Assembly (NCBI GenBank): GCA_973895155.1
Contig: OZ316898.1
Coordinates: 20,285,292-20,349,291, forward strand
Source: Marsupella aquatica
Lineage: Eukaryota; Plantae; Marchantiophyta
Direction of reading: 5' to 3'
DNA length: 64,000 bases
Numbering within the stretch: the first letter of the stretch is position 1; every line of letters starts with the position of its first letter. Shown here one piece after another: positions 49,907-63,216 of this stretch. A program made the translations under genes and the position numbers. The notes below the pieces were generated by a model that saw only the letters and a list, made by a program, of their open reading frames with translations, searched no databases and had not been told where the DNA came from.

Positions 49907-50742
49907 ATTGACTGGACTCGGAGGCTGGTTATAAAGCTCGGGTGGGATGGAGACCTTTCTGAGCGTGCCCGATAGGATTGGCAGGCTCCGATGGGATCCC
50001 TTAACCTTTCAAGCTTGCGTGCATAATATTAATGGGGGAAGCTTTTCTGAAATTGAATAGTTCCTGAAATTGAATACTAGAGTTAGTGATGCGCTTAGAG
50101 TACTCTCATCTGGATTGTATTGAGGTATTTGCTTGATAACCTCCAAAATGAAACTTGTTACTTGATCAACCCCCTGAGGTCTATCAACGGTCCAGATCTA
50201 AGATCTAAAGGTCCATCAACGGTCCATATTGGGGAAAAGCATGGAGGGGGTTGACTAAGCAAACTTTTCAAGAAGGGAGTCTACTAAGCATATCTCTGGG
50301 ATTGTTTTGCTTAGGAATAGATTGACTGGACTCTGAGGCTTATTATAAAGCTCGGATGGGATGAACGCCTTTCTGAGCGTGCCTTGATAGGATTTACAGG
50401 CTCCAATGGGATCCGTTAACCTTTCTAGCTTGCCTGCATAATATTAATGGGGAAATCTTTTCTGAAATTGAATACTAGAGTTAGTGATGCACTCAGAGAA
50501 GATTCTGATCCCGATTGTATTGCTTAGGAATAGATTGACTGGACTCCGAGGCTTATTATAAAGCTTGGATGGGATGGATGCCTTTCTGAGCTTGCCCCGA
50601 TAGGATTTACAGGCTCTGATGGGATCCCTTAACCTTTCAAGCTTGCCTGCATAATATTGATGGGGAAATCTTTACTGAAATTGAATACTAGAGTTACACT
50701 GATGAGCTGAGATAAGATTCTCATCCGGGTTGTTTTGCTTAG
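49907..50742. repeat. ~212-bp tandem repeat x3, first unit carrying a MITE
   Basis: ATTGACTGGACTC.GAGGCT..TTATAAAGCT units start at ~49907, 50321 and 50534. Confidence 0.92.
50122..50296. mobile_element. Mutator-like MITE inserted in tandem unit 1
   Basis: Absent from units 2 and 3. GAG...CTC ends with imperfect TIRs. Flanking GGATTGTATT / GGATTGTTTT duplication. Confidence 0.75.
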
Positions 50743-53294
50743 ATTCCTAAGGTCAGAGAGAATTGGTGAAAATGTGTATTTTGATTGGAAAATTTTTCTT
50801 ACTTTTGATTCTGTTATGGAGGCTTTTCACAAACTTAAAATCTTTTTTTATTGTTTTATTTGTATTTTTAGTGCATTTATTTTCCATAGTCTCCCTTTGA
50901 ACGAAACAAAAGTGTAAAGCGATTGTTGCTTTTACACCAAAAAGAAAAAGGAACTGGTCGTAGACTGTAGTTGATGATTTTGGCTACCTTGGGGAGAAAA
51001 AGTCAAAAGGTCATGGTGATCTTGTGTTATGGCATGACATCTTGATGTCTTTCAGGTTCAAGGTTGTCAAGTTATTGAGGAAACGGGTTCCATAATGTAA
51101 TTAAAACTGGCTGCAAATGGTAAGGAGACCATTTATATGTCACATCTTAGTCAAAAGTATAAACAACATTTGTTATCTCATTCAATTTAAATGTTCCAAA
51201 CAAATCCTTCCAAGCTTTGTCAATACATCTGGACTTCACAGACAAAGTGCAGGTCCATCCAGGCTTTCGTTTCCCCTTTGAAGGGATTATGCAAAACATT
51301 GTAAATGTAGTAAATGTAAAAACCAAATATAGTTTTACCATATAAAACAAATTAATAAATTACAAAATTTGCTTTTGAACTTCTTTCATATTTTTTGCCA
51401 ATGGCATTCGCAACCACTTCTTGTATGGCCCTTTAATTTCAATTTTCCAATTTAGAGACTCATTTTTCTTGTCTAGTATCAAAACATCACTCAAATTTTT
51501 ACGTACATTAATGTCCTAGTTACAAGTATTATGAGAATAATGCTCCTCAAATTTTTACTTACATTAATGTCCTAGTTACAAGCAATATGAAAATAATGTC
51601 CCTCAAAACTTGGGCCACCGCCCTTGTTTTGGGGGGCATTACATCTCACAATGCCCTCTATCACGACATTATCCCATTCAAACATGCCTTCAGATGTTGA
51701 AGAGACATCAGTGCAAGAAAGCACATCTTGGTCTTCGAAGGATTTTGATTGTAGGAATATGAGACCATATCTAGGTTAAGTCTTCTCCAAGGTAACACTC
51801 ATCCTAGTCCCCATCATTGTCCAGCAAGCAACCTCTATGCCTTTTTGCTTCCCACCTCTTTGTCCATACATTCTAGAAGTAAAGTGCAATCTAAACCTAC
51901 TCTTAAGCCAGGGCTACTCTTTAGAGTGAAGCCTCTAGACCATGACCCTTGAGGTGAAACTGAACTCGGGGGTGCAAGTGGGGAAAAAGGATTGGGGCCC
52001 AATGTACTGTCTAGAGTGAAACCTCTAGACTGTGATTCTAGGGGCTAAACTCAACTTGGGGTGCAAGTGGAAAAAGGGATTGGGGCAGCTTTTGAAGTTA
52101 TGAGCTTGAATATCAACCAACAACTTCAAACCTCAATGCAAAGACATTTGAGGAGTGCAACGCTGGCAATGGAGTAACCGGTTTCAGATAGAATGCAGGG
52201 GAGTTGTATGAGAATGCAAGGGAGCTATCCCCAGTTTTATTCTGACTTAGGAGAAGCGATGACAAGGGACATGAGACTGGAGTGTTCATGTTTTGAGAGA
52301 GTAGGTTTGACTTGTTAGTTTTCCCCCTATCGTGCTCTTTGCCATGGTGGCAAATGTGGAATTTCTTTGTTAGGTAGTGAGCAACAAGAGGCTGTCCAAT
52401 TGATGAACACAACTATATTATAAGGTGCCTCTACATGTTACATGAAGACATTAAGATGAGGAGTGCGAGGGTTCTAGATAGAAGGTTGACTGTGGGAGAC
52501 CATTGACACCACCAGAAACCTTCCCTCACATTGTCATTCCTTCATCACCTGATACCACATTGGAATACTTCATTGTATTGTCACCTCAAAATCCTAGTCT
52601 CTCCATTATCCATGTTGATGACAAAGTGAGTCTCATCCTTATTCTCCACCATATCCTAGTTCAGTTCCCCATAATTGAACTAAGCCTCTCTTTAAAGCAC
52701 TCATGTGATATGCTAATGATCTCTTGCTTGATTGGGGAGCACATCAATTTCGTTATTGAAGGACACTGTTGTAATGATATTGGAAAGTCTGAAACTAAAT
52801 ATCAATGAAGATATTTAGTGCAACATCTTGATTGAGTCTCATGAACTGTGTTCATTAACACATTCTTGACAGCCATTTTGAGAATCAAAGGAGAAAACTT
52901 CAAACCAGTAATTTTCAAGCAAGTAAATTTTTCACAAATGCAAGCATGTATCCAGGTAGCTTATGCACCTCTCTTTTCTCCCTCACTGACACTTCCAAGT
53001 TTTTAGCCTACCCTCCTAGTTACAAAGTCCATGCTGGCAATGTTGATTACATTTGTTCCTTTCTTGGTAATGTTACGCAAATCTTAACATGATCTTCCAC
53101 CAATTTGTTGCCTTAATAAGGTGTGCATTGTTTGATTATGCATGAAAGAATTAAGGGAATTCTCTCACAACTTGAGAAAGGAATGTGTGTATCTGAACTT
53201 TGTTCCTTCGATCTTTGTACCATCCATTTGATGACAATTTGCCAATTATCCTCGGCTGTGACATGTTGAAGATGCCTTACCCACTTCTTGACAG

Positions 53295-53447
53295 GGTCAA
53301 AATGGGACCATTGGGAACTGAAGGACCAAGGGGCTTCTCAAGCTCTGGTCCATCAACATTTTCCATTGCAGTAGTATTCATTTTCAATTTATTTTTTGTT
53401 TAGTAGCAAGAGAGTTTATCAGAGATCCCAATGGTCCCATTTTGACC
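53295..53447. repeat. Perfect 22-bp inverted repeat (MITE-like or RNA hairpin)
   Basis: GGTCAAAATGGGACCATTGGGA (53295-53316) is the reverse complement of 53426-53447. Confidence 0.8.
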
Positions 53448-54079
53448 AATGATCCTGCAGTTCCCAATATATGGTCCCACAAAAAAAATGAGCAGCAGTC
53501 TGAGTGCGTGCGATAGTTGAGCTGAGTTGGGACAGTGGAGGTTGTGGGCTCAAAACATGTTGTGGGCCATAGCTTTTTACACCAATACCCACCCAAAAGT
53601 GGGGATCAGACATGCTTTTGTGACTTGGGCAGCGGACTGTACGAATGACATTCTAGGGAAGAGTTGCATTGAATCATTGGAATGGGGGCACTTGGGACAC
53701 CATTATGAGGGGATAGGGAGTAGGAGACATAAAGTTCAAAGTAGGGAGGGGAATTAATGATGCACCCATGGGTGAAGGGTTGAGTAGTATCATACCCTCG
53801 CATAAGTACAAGATAGAGGATGAGACAAAGTGGAGCAAAGGATGAAAATAAAGAAAATCATAATAAGACAATCAGAGGGAAAAGGAGGAGAAAGGGACAC
53901 CCTTGCCTTTCATTGGGGGTTTTTTTTAGAGGGAAGGAGGGTTGGGGGGGAAGAAGGGAGAGGCGGCCCAAGAGAAAAGGGGAAAGGAGGCCATGAGGAG
54001 GAGGGGAGATGACACCCTCCACCTAGGGTTGTGTGAATGTGTCTATTTCTGTTGTAATCGCTTATCTCCCTTATCTTTT

Positions 54080-54653
54080 GCAACAATATCTTCCTTGACA
54101 TCTTTCTTCTTTCTTCCTTTACATCTTTTTCCCTTGACATCTTTTCCTAACATCAACATTGTTTTCTTGCCTTGACATATTTTAATCAGTTCAACATCTT
54201 TTACTCATCTTTTCTCCCCTCCGTATCTTTTCTCCCCTTCACTTCTTTTGCACTCCTCAACATCATTTGCTCTCCTTGACATTTTATATGTTTTCTCATC
54301 TCGCCATCTTTTCTCACCTTAACATCTTTATCTCATCACAACATCATTTTCTCTCCTTGACATCTTTTCCTCACCTTAACATTTTCTCTCACCTTGCCAT
54401 CTTTTCCTCACCTTAACCTTTTCTCTCACCTTGCCATCTTTTCTCTCCCTAACATCTTTTCTCACCTCGACTTCTTTTATCTCATCTCACCATCTTTTTC
54501 TCACCTTGACATCTTTATCTCATCACAACATCTTTTTCTCTCCTCAACATCTTTTCCTCACCTTAACATCTTTATTCACCTCAAAATCTTTTTCACTTTA
54601 AGATATTTTCTTCTCCTTGATGTCTTTTGTGTGACGCACAGGCTTGGGGCTAG
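54080..54653 (+). mobile_element. 3' part of Helitron-like element with CATCTTTTCTC minisatellite
   Basis: Degenerate array of ACATCTTTTCTCACCTT-like units, then hairpin TGTGT-GAC-GCACA and canonical CTAG|T at 54650-54654. Confidence 0.65.
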
Positions 54654-56312
54654 TATCATCAATATTATGATCAAGTTGTTTTTTTGTTTGGTGACAAGAG
54701 GTGTTGAAAAGGAGTGGACTCTTTATAAGGATGGAAATGAGCTCCATAGGCCTCCTCTTTGAGCCAAGTTGCCTTGGCTGCCGCATGGTTAGGGACATGG
54801 CAAGAATGTGTCATTGTAGAGACAAAGAGCACGTTGGCCATATAGATTCAATAGCTCTAGACGTCACTCAATTTGGGGGGATGAACCTTTAATCTCATTT
54901 ACATCTATTAGTTTGTGGACCCCTATCTCCTTTGTGTTTGTAGTTTTAATAGATGTTAAGATTGAAAAGTAGTGATATTTGTGTTGAACAATGTGTGATA
55001 TGTGTTAGACAATGTGTGACGTCGATATATGTGTTAGACAATGTGTGATGCTGAATGACCAAACTCAAATTTGCCTCCACAAAAGTCAAACTGGAATCAC
55101 ATGAATCAATCCGATTTGATAGGACTCGGTTATGAATCAAAAACTACGCTAGGGCAAGACAAAGGTATTCAATACTTGCTATGTGCACAAGAAAATCTCA
55201 AGGGTTTTAAAGTTTAGAAGTAGAATTTGTAAAGAGCCCCCGATCAAGCCATCTAGACCCAAATGTAGTTTGTGCATCCCCATTAATTTCATGACACCCT
55301 GGTCTTGGCCTTGCTCTCTACCAAAGCTTGTAAATTACACCCACTTTGATCAAAGAACATCTCAAAGACTATTGACATCAAAATGGCCCATTAATATCGG
55401 ATCACAAATTGAAGGCAAGGTTGTGAAATGTGAAAAGCTGGTGACCTAAACTTAATGATGACCATCTTGATCAGTCAACTGGTAACCAGGCAGTTACGGT
55501 TTTAGATAATATGGTTTTATGCATGCCTCCAAATCAATTGTTCAATCAGATTGTCATAGGAGGCTTGCATGTGTCCTCTGAAAGATTGTTGTTTGAAATA
55601 AGTACCTACTAATTAAAATCAACTTGACGCTCTGTGATCCCTTAATCTCCCCTGGCATGGAAGCTTAAATGCATAATATAATTAGAATGTTAAGTTGCAA
55701 CTGACACATGCAACATTTGATAAGCATAACTCAATGATGCTGAGGGTTCTAACGCATGATAATACCTGTAGCGAGTGCACGCATCACATGCATGAATTGC
55801 AATTGCTATTTGATCGAGGCCGAAGCTCATTAACATATTGACTGAGCCCTTCAAATCTTCCCTCTGAATTTGTGAAGGTAGGGGATTTGGTCTTGACCAA
55901 TAGTCTAAAGTGATCCAACACAAATTTTGAGTTTCTAGATTCGTGAAGTCTTTCCATGTAAACCTCAAACAAAACAATTATCCTTCCATGGATAAGCTTT
56001 ACAGTCTGGATTGGTACCCTCGTTCACAATTTAGGGTAAATCTAGGCTAGTGACTGTGAGCACAATTTATTCTATTCATTCTTGATTCAGTCCCTGATTG
56101 ATAGACTAAAATGCATGCTGATCATAAATTGGCAATGCAGCAGCGCTACCACACGACTAGCTAGCGTTGCACAACAGTTTTGTAACACATATAATGCTCT
56201 TGTGTTTGACTCTTCAGGTTCTAAGTCTCTATGCACTATATGGTGAATCAGGATGGGCAGAGTTGGTTACAGTAACTAAAACGACTATGTCAAATAAGAT
56301 TATATTATGTTT

Positions 56313-56472
56313 TATGGCATGACGCCCTAAATTTTACCAAGAACTTGCCACAAACATAAAATGTGTAACTATTTTAATTTGGAAAAAAATTTATTCTTGT
56401 TTGTAGCAGGCCATGATGACATGACACACTATAGAGTCTCAAATTTTGTAAGGGACCTCTAATGGGTCCGTA
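56313..56472 (+). mobile_element. ~160-bp MITE-like module, homologous to the end of copies A and B
   Basis: TATGGCATGACGCCC...GCCACAAACAT...AGGGACCTCTAATGGGTCCGTA matches 5897-6055 and the reverse complement of 15790-15951. Confidence 0.6.
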
Positions 56473-57607
56473 ATGATTATTGGATGAACTCCCAGCCCAA
56501 GGGTATTACTTGATGACCTTGTGTTCCTTTTGGTTAGTTTTTGGCACTGCATGGTCTTTGGAGAACATTTGGCACACGGCAACCCTCACCCAAATAGAAA
56601 CAAATTTTTAAACAGATGATCTAATTGTTCATTTGTTAAATTAGAATTATTTTAATTGTTTTTCCATATAATTTTAAATTTTCAGAAAATCAAAATTTTT
56701 GAGACGGGTTAAAAGAAATTCGAAATTTAGATATCCAATAGAAAATTTTAGATAAGGAATATATCCGGCATCTACTCTTAAAAAAGTTTGAAATTTTAAA
56801 CGCATAAAATTTAGATAAGGAATATAGCATCAAATTTACCCTTGTGTGAGCATCATAATATATTCCTTACGAACATTACAATAAAGCCCTGAAATAAATA
56901 CAGTATTGCTGTATTGATACGTACTTCATACAACACCGACGCGATATTCTTACATGCAGGAACGTAAGTGAGCACGCACATGACTGTAACCATGTCGAGG
57001 ATGCGGGGTCAAAATATATCTTTTGCGCCTAATAGTAAATCTGGTGAAGGTCAAACCGATCCACGGTCTCATATTTTCCCAGACTCCAAATCGCACAATT
57101 CTGTCCGTCGATCCCAACCGACCAGGGTTTTACCGCAAGAAAGGTGCCAGCCAAAACGCCGGTTACGCCTCTCAACCCGGGTTCCCGGCCGATGCTCATT
57201 TCCGCTTCCTCGACATAGAGATCGAAGGCCACGGACTTTCCTCTCCCCGCGAGCTCAGAATACGGGCCGTCGATTCGGCGTCCCTTAACTGTAGTTAAGT
57301 TTACGCAGTGGTCAGTCAGTCACACGAGCTATCCTTCAGCCGAAGCAATGAAGGTGGTCTCTGACTGACTCTTTCCCCCCGCAGTGCTCTTGCAACGAAG
57401 ATTTTGGGAGGATTTTGCGAGGATTTTGCGAGGATTTGCGAGATTTTGCTGCTTCTCCATCTTGCTTGGAGCTTTATCGCTCCTCTCTCGCTCGATCGCT
57501 GAAGAGAGGAGAAGAGAGGAGAGGAGAGGAGAGGCGAGGAGAGGAGATTTGCAGAGACTCCAAAAGCGGAGAAGGGCGGGGCTGGGGAGTCACTAGGTGG
57601 AGCAAGG

Positions 57608-60600
57608 ATGAAGCTCTTTATAGAAGTCGAGCTGAACTCTGATGAAATTCTGCTCGCCACCGAGCTTTTCCGCACGTTAAGGTATGGGTGCTACTGCCGA
57701 ATGCTCTCGTTCTGCTACCGCTTCTGTTTCTGGATATTGTGATTGATGCTGTTGTCATTAGCATGGCAATCTTGCCTCTGCCGGCTGACTTGTTGTTTGG
57801 TTGGCTGGCTGGCTGGCTCGCTGGCTCGTTGGACTTGTTATTTGGGGCACGGAGGGAAGGTAAAATAAAACAAATGAAGCCCTTCCGAGCTGGAGATTGA
57901 GAAAGATCGATTTTAAGTGATTTTTCTGCCTGAATGATGATAATGAAGATGATGAAGATTTTTGTGTCTCTGGATCTTGTCGTTTTTTTTCTCTCTCCTT
58001 GATGATGCGATTACAGCATATCTGCTCTTTGCGCGCGGAATTTTCTGTTGGTGATGAAGTTCGCGATGTGTGATTTTGGTTGTGTTGAACAAGGGACCTG
58101 CACGGATTGCGTCCTTGCGATAGGTCTTGGTTTTTCCTGCAGCTGATAGTTTGCCATGGTGGCTGTCTTTCATGGTTGTTTATTTTTGTATCGTTTTCAG
58201 CGTGGACGAACGAAGGAGGGAGGGAAGAATAGAGAGGGGAATCAGACGAGTAAGGGGACCATGTACATGTCGTGCAGGATCGGTCGGGGATCATGACTTT
58301 TTTCTGTGTGCTTAAATGCTGTGAGCTTGATGAATCCTACTGTAATGTTTTGGCATCTATCTCAATCAAGTCGCTCGGATGAGATGATTCTTTGGAGCAG
58401 GGACTCGCACCTAGTTTGATGCGTTTACGAATGTTGACTGGTGATTGCATTTGATTCTTGTAATTGTACAGGACATTGACAGACCATGTCCGGACGCGAG
58501 ATTTACCACGGCTCTTCCGAGTGCTCGTATCCCGCTTAGAGGATGGAACGCAGTTGGATAATGTTGTGCCTGAAATTACCGCGCTTCTCGCTGAGAGTGC
58601 TACTTTTGACTTGGTCAGTATGAGGTCTCTTAATAATTAATATCTCATCTTTTACGTGCTCTGCTTTGTTCGGAAGGTGTACAGTTGAGCTCTTTCTCGT
58701 TCGAGGACGATAGCAGTAGTGATGAACAATAAATCACCATTGCACCTAGTCTTCATGATTAGGAGGATTCTGAGCAGGCCGCGTGTGATGTGTGGAAGGC
58801 CAAGAGGTCTTACTTTTCCCGTTATCTAAGCGGGAACTAATGTATGCAGGTATTTGAAGACCTACTTGCAGCATTCACGTCTGTTGTATTTAACCAAGAC
58901 CTTGTTGTCCGACAACAAAGTGTTGTACCATTTATGTGTCTCCTCCCTAGGTAAACATTTTTACGAAGAGGTGACAGCACGATAAGAATTCATTTAAGAG
59001 ACTTTCTCGGTTTTATCTCTTGAAGGAGCCAAAAAGTACAGTCGCAAGATGTGTGACAGTCTCACTGGTTAGTGCAGGCTACCAGAACCAGCAAAGACGA
59101 GGATGCGTGATGCACTAATTCCAAAGGTAAAGATGTGCTGTTGGGAGCATGACCTCGCGGCAAAGTTGTGTATTGCCTCTTCTGGTGGATCATGAAAATT
59201 TTTGTGCTTCAATTGCAACCTCTCTTGGGGGATACCTAGATGCCCAAGTTTGATAGCGTGTTCATGCTTGATCCCCAGGTGCTGAAACATTTGACAGTAA
59301 AGAGGCCCGTGGAAGCTAGCCGATTAGACTTTTTTGCACATGCGGAAGCATTTGCATCTCTTGTTAACTTGGAGTTTGTCTCTATTACTGGTAAGTTCGT
59401 ACCTAGTCTTTGGGTCATGTGGGGTGGTCTGTATGTTGTAAGCTTGGTTGGCATTGGTCGTCCTGGAACTATTCTTACTGCGGTTTGGTTCATATGGCGT
59501 CGTTGTTGCATATGAGAGTTTTCAGCTTTTCGGTGACGCTACTTTGAAAAATGCGTTTTGCCTGCCAATGTCACGCAGGGGCAGTCACAACCATCATTGC
59601 GCTTTTACGCAAACCAGAAAATCGGTGTGCTGCTGTGACAATGCTCGGGAAGACTGTAGAATTGTGCCTCCAGCAGGTATCTTGACAAAACACTTCCATG
59701 TCCACTACCGTACGTTGGAGTTGTGTTGTAGTTGTCCAAGGTGCAGTGTGGCTATTACCTTTCTGCTTGCCGCTTGAAATCTACATTTCTTTCTGTCCTT
59801 TGCAGGAGGCAGATTAGGTTTTGTGGCTCTCATCAGTGCTCTTCCCGGTGCTCTTTCATTGTCACAGTAGAAGTTTGGGTGGAATTTCCATGATAATGGA
59901 AGTCGTCTAGATATACACTGATGTGCAGGCCTTCCTTTTTGCAGCTAACTGATAAGTGTGCTTCAAGCACTCTCAATGAGCTAAATGCAGCACTCCAAAA
60001 TGTGACCGAGGACACTTTCCAGTTAATTTTCTCTACCTTTCATCTTTGGGATACGTCGCATCGATACTTGATAGTGTGTGCGTCACATCGACAAGAAGTG
60101 AATGTTTCCGTGCGAATAGACAAGCTGGACTATCTGTGCCAGGTTTTATTTTCATGACATTTCTAAAATGTTTGCAGGTACGATATCAACTATATCGAAG
60201 AAAGTATGGGTTGGAGCCGGTCTCTGCCACCGGATGTCCTTTCTGTTGGGTCCATGGGATCCATAAATCATTCTTCTGGTGAATCTAATAAGGGTACCGA
60301 CGCAGTATCTAGTCCAACTGGCGAGTATCAAACTCCTTCGATTGTCAATTGTTGTGACAATCTGTATATTCTTCATCATTTGCTCTTGTCTTTTGTATTG
60401 CACTCGGGTGTTGTGGAGATTGTCAGAAGTCCACGTTGGAGGCTATCTTCCATTGAAATATAAAAGTGGACCTTTTTCATGCACAGGACTTCACGCTATG
60501 GACTCATACCTTGGCCATCGTAATACAATCTTTGCAATGTCATATGGTGAGTCCAGCCAAAGCCTCCGTGGACTTGAAATATTTGTCTATGTTGTCTAGA

Positions 60601-63216
60601 ATATAACATATTCCTAATGATCAGTTCTGTCAACACGATCATTCATGACAGTTTTGCTTTAGTTGTCTTATTTAGTTAGCTGAGATGGGACGATTGGATT
60701 TGTAGCTATTATCCTAGTTTGCTGTCTACTGCAAGACATGGAGACGTCACAGAAGCTGCCGTACAATAATTTTGTTTTTGTCTGAGATAACAGATGAGAA
60801 ACGCAATCAGCTTATCAGTGGAGGAAAGGATGGGACACTGATTGTTTGGACAAGTGAAGGACAGGTGAGTTGGATATGATGTGTGTCTCAGTAGGCTGAG
60901 TTCTGCAATGTTTCTTTTATCTTTTCATGTCCTAAGTGGTGCACTGGATGCTTTTTTTAATGTTGGTCAATTATTATCTCAGGAACATTTTCCAATGCAT
61001 ATGTACTTGCTTTTTGAAATTCTGTCCAGGTTTCTGAAACTGTGGATATGGCTCGCCATTATGCTTGCTCAATGGATATTCATCCATCCCTGCAAAGTTT
61101 ATTAGTTTGTGGAGTCGCTAAGGTGAGTGCCGTCTACGCTTCTCCCTTGGTACTGTCAATGAATTTGAGGTTTGCTGCTACTCAGATGATGATACAATTT
61201 CAATAGTTATTTGAACTTGACTTACTAGCGAATTCAATTGTGATACTTAGTCCCAGGATGTACGCTTTCAAGGACTTGCAAGGGAGGATTGCGATGTTGT
61301 ATTCGAAACGCGAGATCAGCTCATGTATTCGGAAATTGCTTAAAGATCAAATTGGGGATAAGTTTGTGCATGTAGGATTCTATGCTTATGGTCAGCATTC
61401 TCAATTATCATGTGGACGTGAACCTTCCTTTACTGCTCGGAAAATGGCAGGAGGAAACTGCTGGAATCACTGCAGGTGGAGGTCGAGTATTGCCACCGCC
61501 ATGTATCGTGTCCTATGGGGCAATGGGGCGTGGTTGGAAAGAACAGGGCCTTCTATCTAAGGACTCCTCCAAGCTTGTATCATGTATTAAGGTACCTGCT
61601 CCTTCAGTCACTCCAGAATTGTAATTTCTTGATTCCAACTTGCAAGAAGTGAGTCAACAATGACAACTGAAACTTCTCGTAATAATTTGTCTAACTCTTG
61701 TAGTCTAGGATTGCGCATTTTGGGAGAAACTGATAAATCATTTCCTTATGCTCCCTAAATGAAATTCGCTATCCTCTCGAAAGGGTGACAACTATAATCT
61801 GTTGTTTGTGTAGGCAATGGGAGGTGCTGATCATGCTTTTGTTACCGGAGAAACAGTGCACACTTCTGGAATGGAAGGGTAAGCCAGAACGTGCCCTACG
61901 AACTTGGCCGGACTTTTATATGCTCATTTGCTCCAACTGAATATTCATGATCATTTGAGTTGGTTCTCTATCTTCTAAGCAGAGGTGGACAACGGCTGGA
62001 TGAGCGGGTGTGCTACTATGACATTGGAGCGTCGTCTTCGTTTTCTACTCTGCAACCAGTGAGGCAGTACGCAGAACATGAGGTGTGTCTTTGGCTTGCT
62101 TTGACTGTGATACCAGTCCCGCTCAAGAAAGGTTTGGAAGGGTGATCTTCACAGGTTGATATGCCTGGGTTGATAGCCTTGGAACTCGTTGTACAAACTT
62201 GTTGAAAATGGGTATGATTTCTGTGGAAGTAATGTTTGCATGATCGTGGAATATTACTCAAATTTTTATTATCCTTGTATATTGTGGACGTTTAGAGCAT
62301 TCGCTAATGTGTTTACGGTGTGTGGCTGCAGGACTTGATTACATGTGTATGTTTGTTCCCTCCAAATCCTCACTTGTTCATGTCCGGCTCAAGAGATTTC
62401 ACTGTTCGTGTATGGGATCGACGGGTTGAGCGATGTGTTGGTGAGCAATTCAATTACTTAATTTATTAGATATTCAAGTGGAGCTCTGCTTCTAGAAGCT
62501 GGCTTCAATATTCTTATGGCCGTCTTGATAGCATTTGGTACAACCACAAAATTCTAGGGCGCCTGTATTCTTGCAAATGGGTTTATGGAGAGGTGCGTTG
62601 CAGCAATCACCTGACGGATGCATGCATACGTTGCAGGCATGTTTGGCACTGTTGGCAAAACTGGTAGGTTGCAGGCACACGATGCTATGATTACCTGCCT
62701 GGATGCTAGCGACACTAATATGATTCTTTCTGCGGGAATGGACACCCGGATTCTTCGCTGGGATTTCCGGACTTTGACTAACCAGGTGCCCACTCGTGTT
62801 TTTTCTCGATTTGTATCGTCTGCTTGCCATTAATGTATTTGTCTTCTAACAAGCAGTCTATTATCTTCGATTCCAGTTTAAACTAGAGGTCCTTATGATG
62901 AAGGGTTGCTGATGTTCAAAAGTCAATGATTGCCCTGTTGCAGGGAGGGGCTGGACCTGTTTCAACACTTCAGCTAGATGATAGTGCAGTGCTCAAAGTA
63001 GCATTGGGTGGCAGCCCCAGTACAGCAGCTGTAAGCACACTCCGTGGTCTCTATTTAGTGGACTTTGGCAGTTCCCGACCTACGGCTCGATCCTCTGAGC
63101 CATTCAAAGATGGGCGACGTATCGGTCGGTACCATGATTTGAAGTGGGCAGGTGGGAGGAATATCCTCTATGCTGCAGGAGACGATATGCGCATTGATGT
63201 TTATTCACTGCGATAA
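57608..63216 (+). CDS. Helical (MIF4G-like) + WD40-repeat protein (~609 aa, 17 exons): 57608-57681, 58472-58613, 58850-58950, 59078-59126, 59279-59390, 59579-59676, 59945-60021, 60178-~60293, 60487-60546, 60794-60864, 61030-61122, 61451-61591, 61814-61878, 61983-62082, 62332-62440, 62637-62785, 62944-63216
   Basis: All junctions are GT-AG with compatible phases and give one open frame. WD40 motifs: GHRNTIFAM...ISGGKDGTLIVW, EHEDLITCV...SGSRDFTVRVWD, AHDAMITCL...SAGMDTRILRWD, AAGDDMRIDVY. The exon 8 donor is ambiguous. Confidence 0.85.

Noticed and set aside
49027-49975. ORFs up to 193 aa upstream of the TPR gene
   Set aside because: Driven by (GCCT)n and (GAGGA)n microsatellites in a leader/promoter region, with no domain signal.
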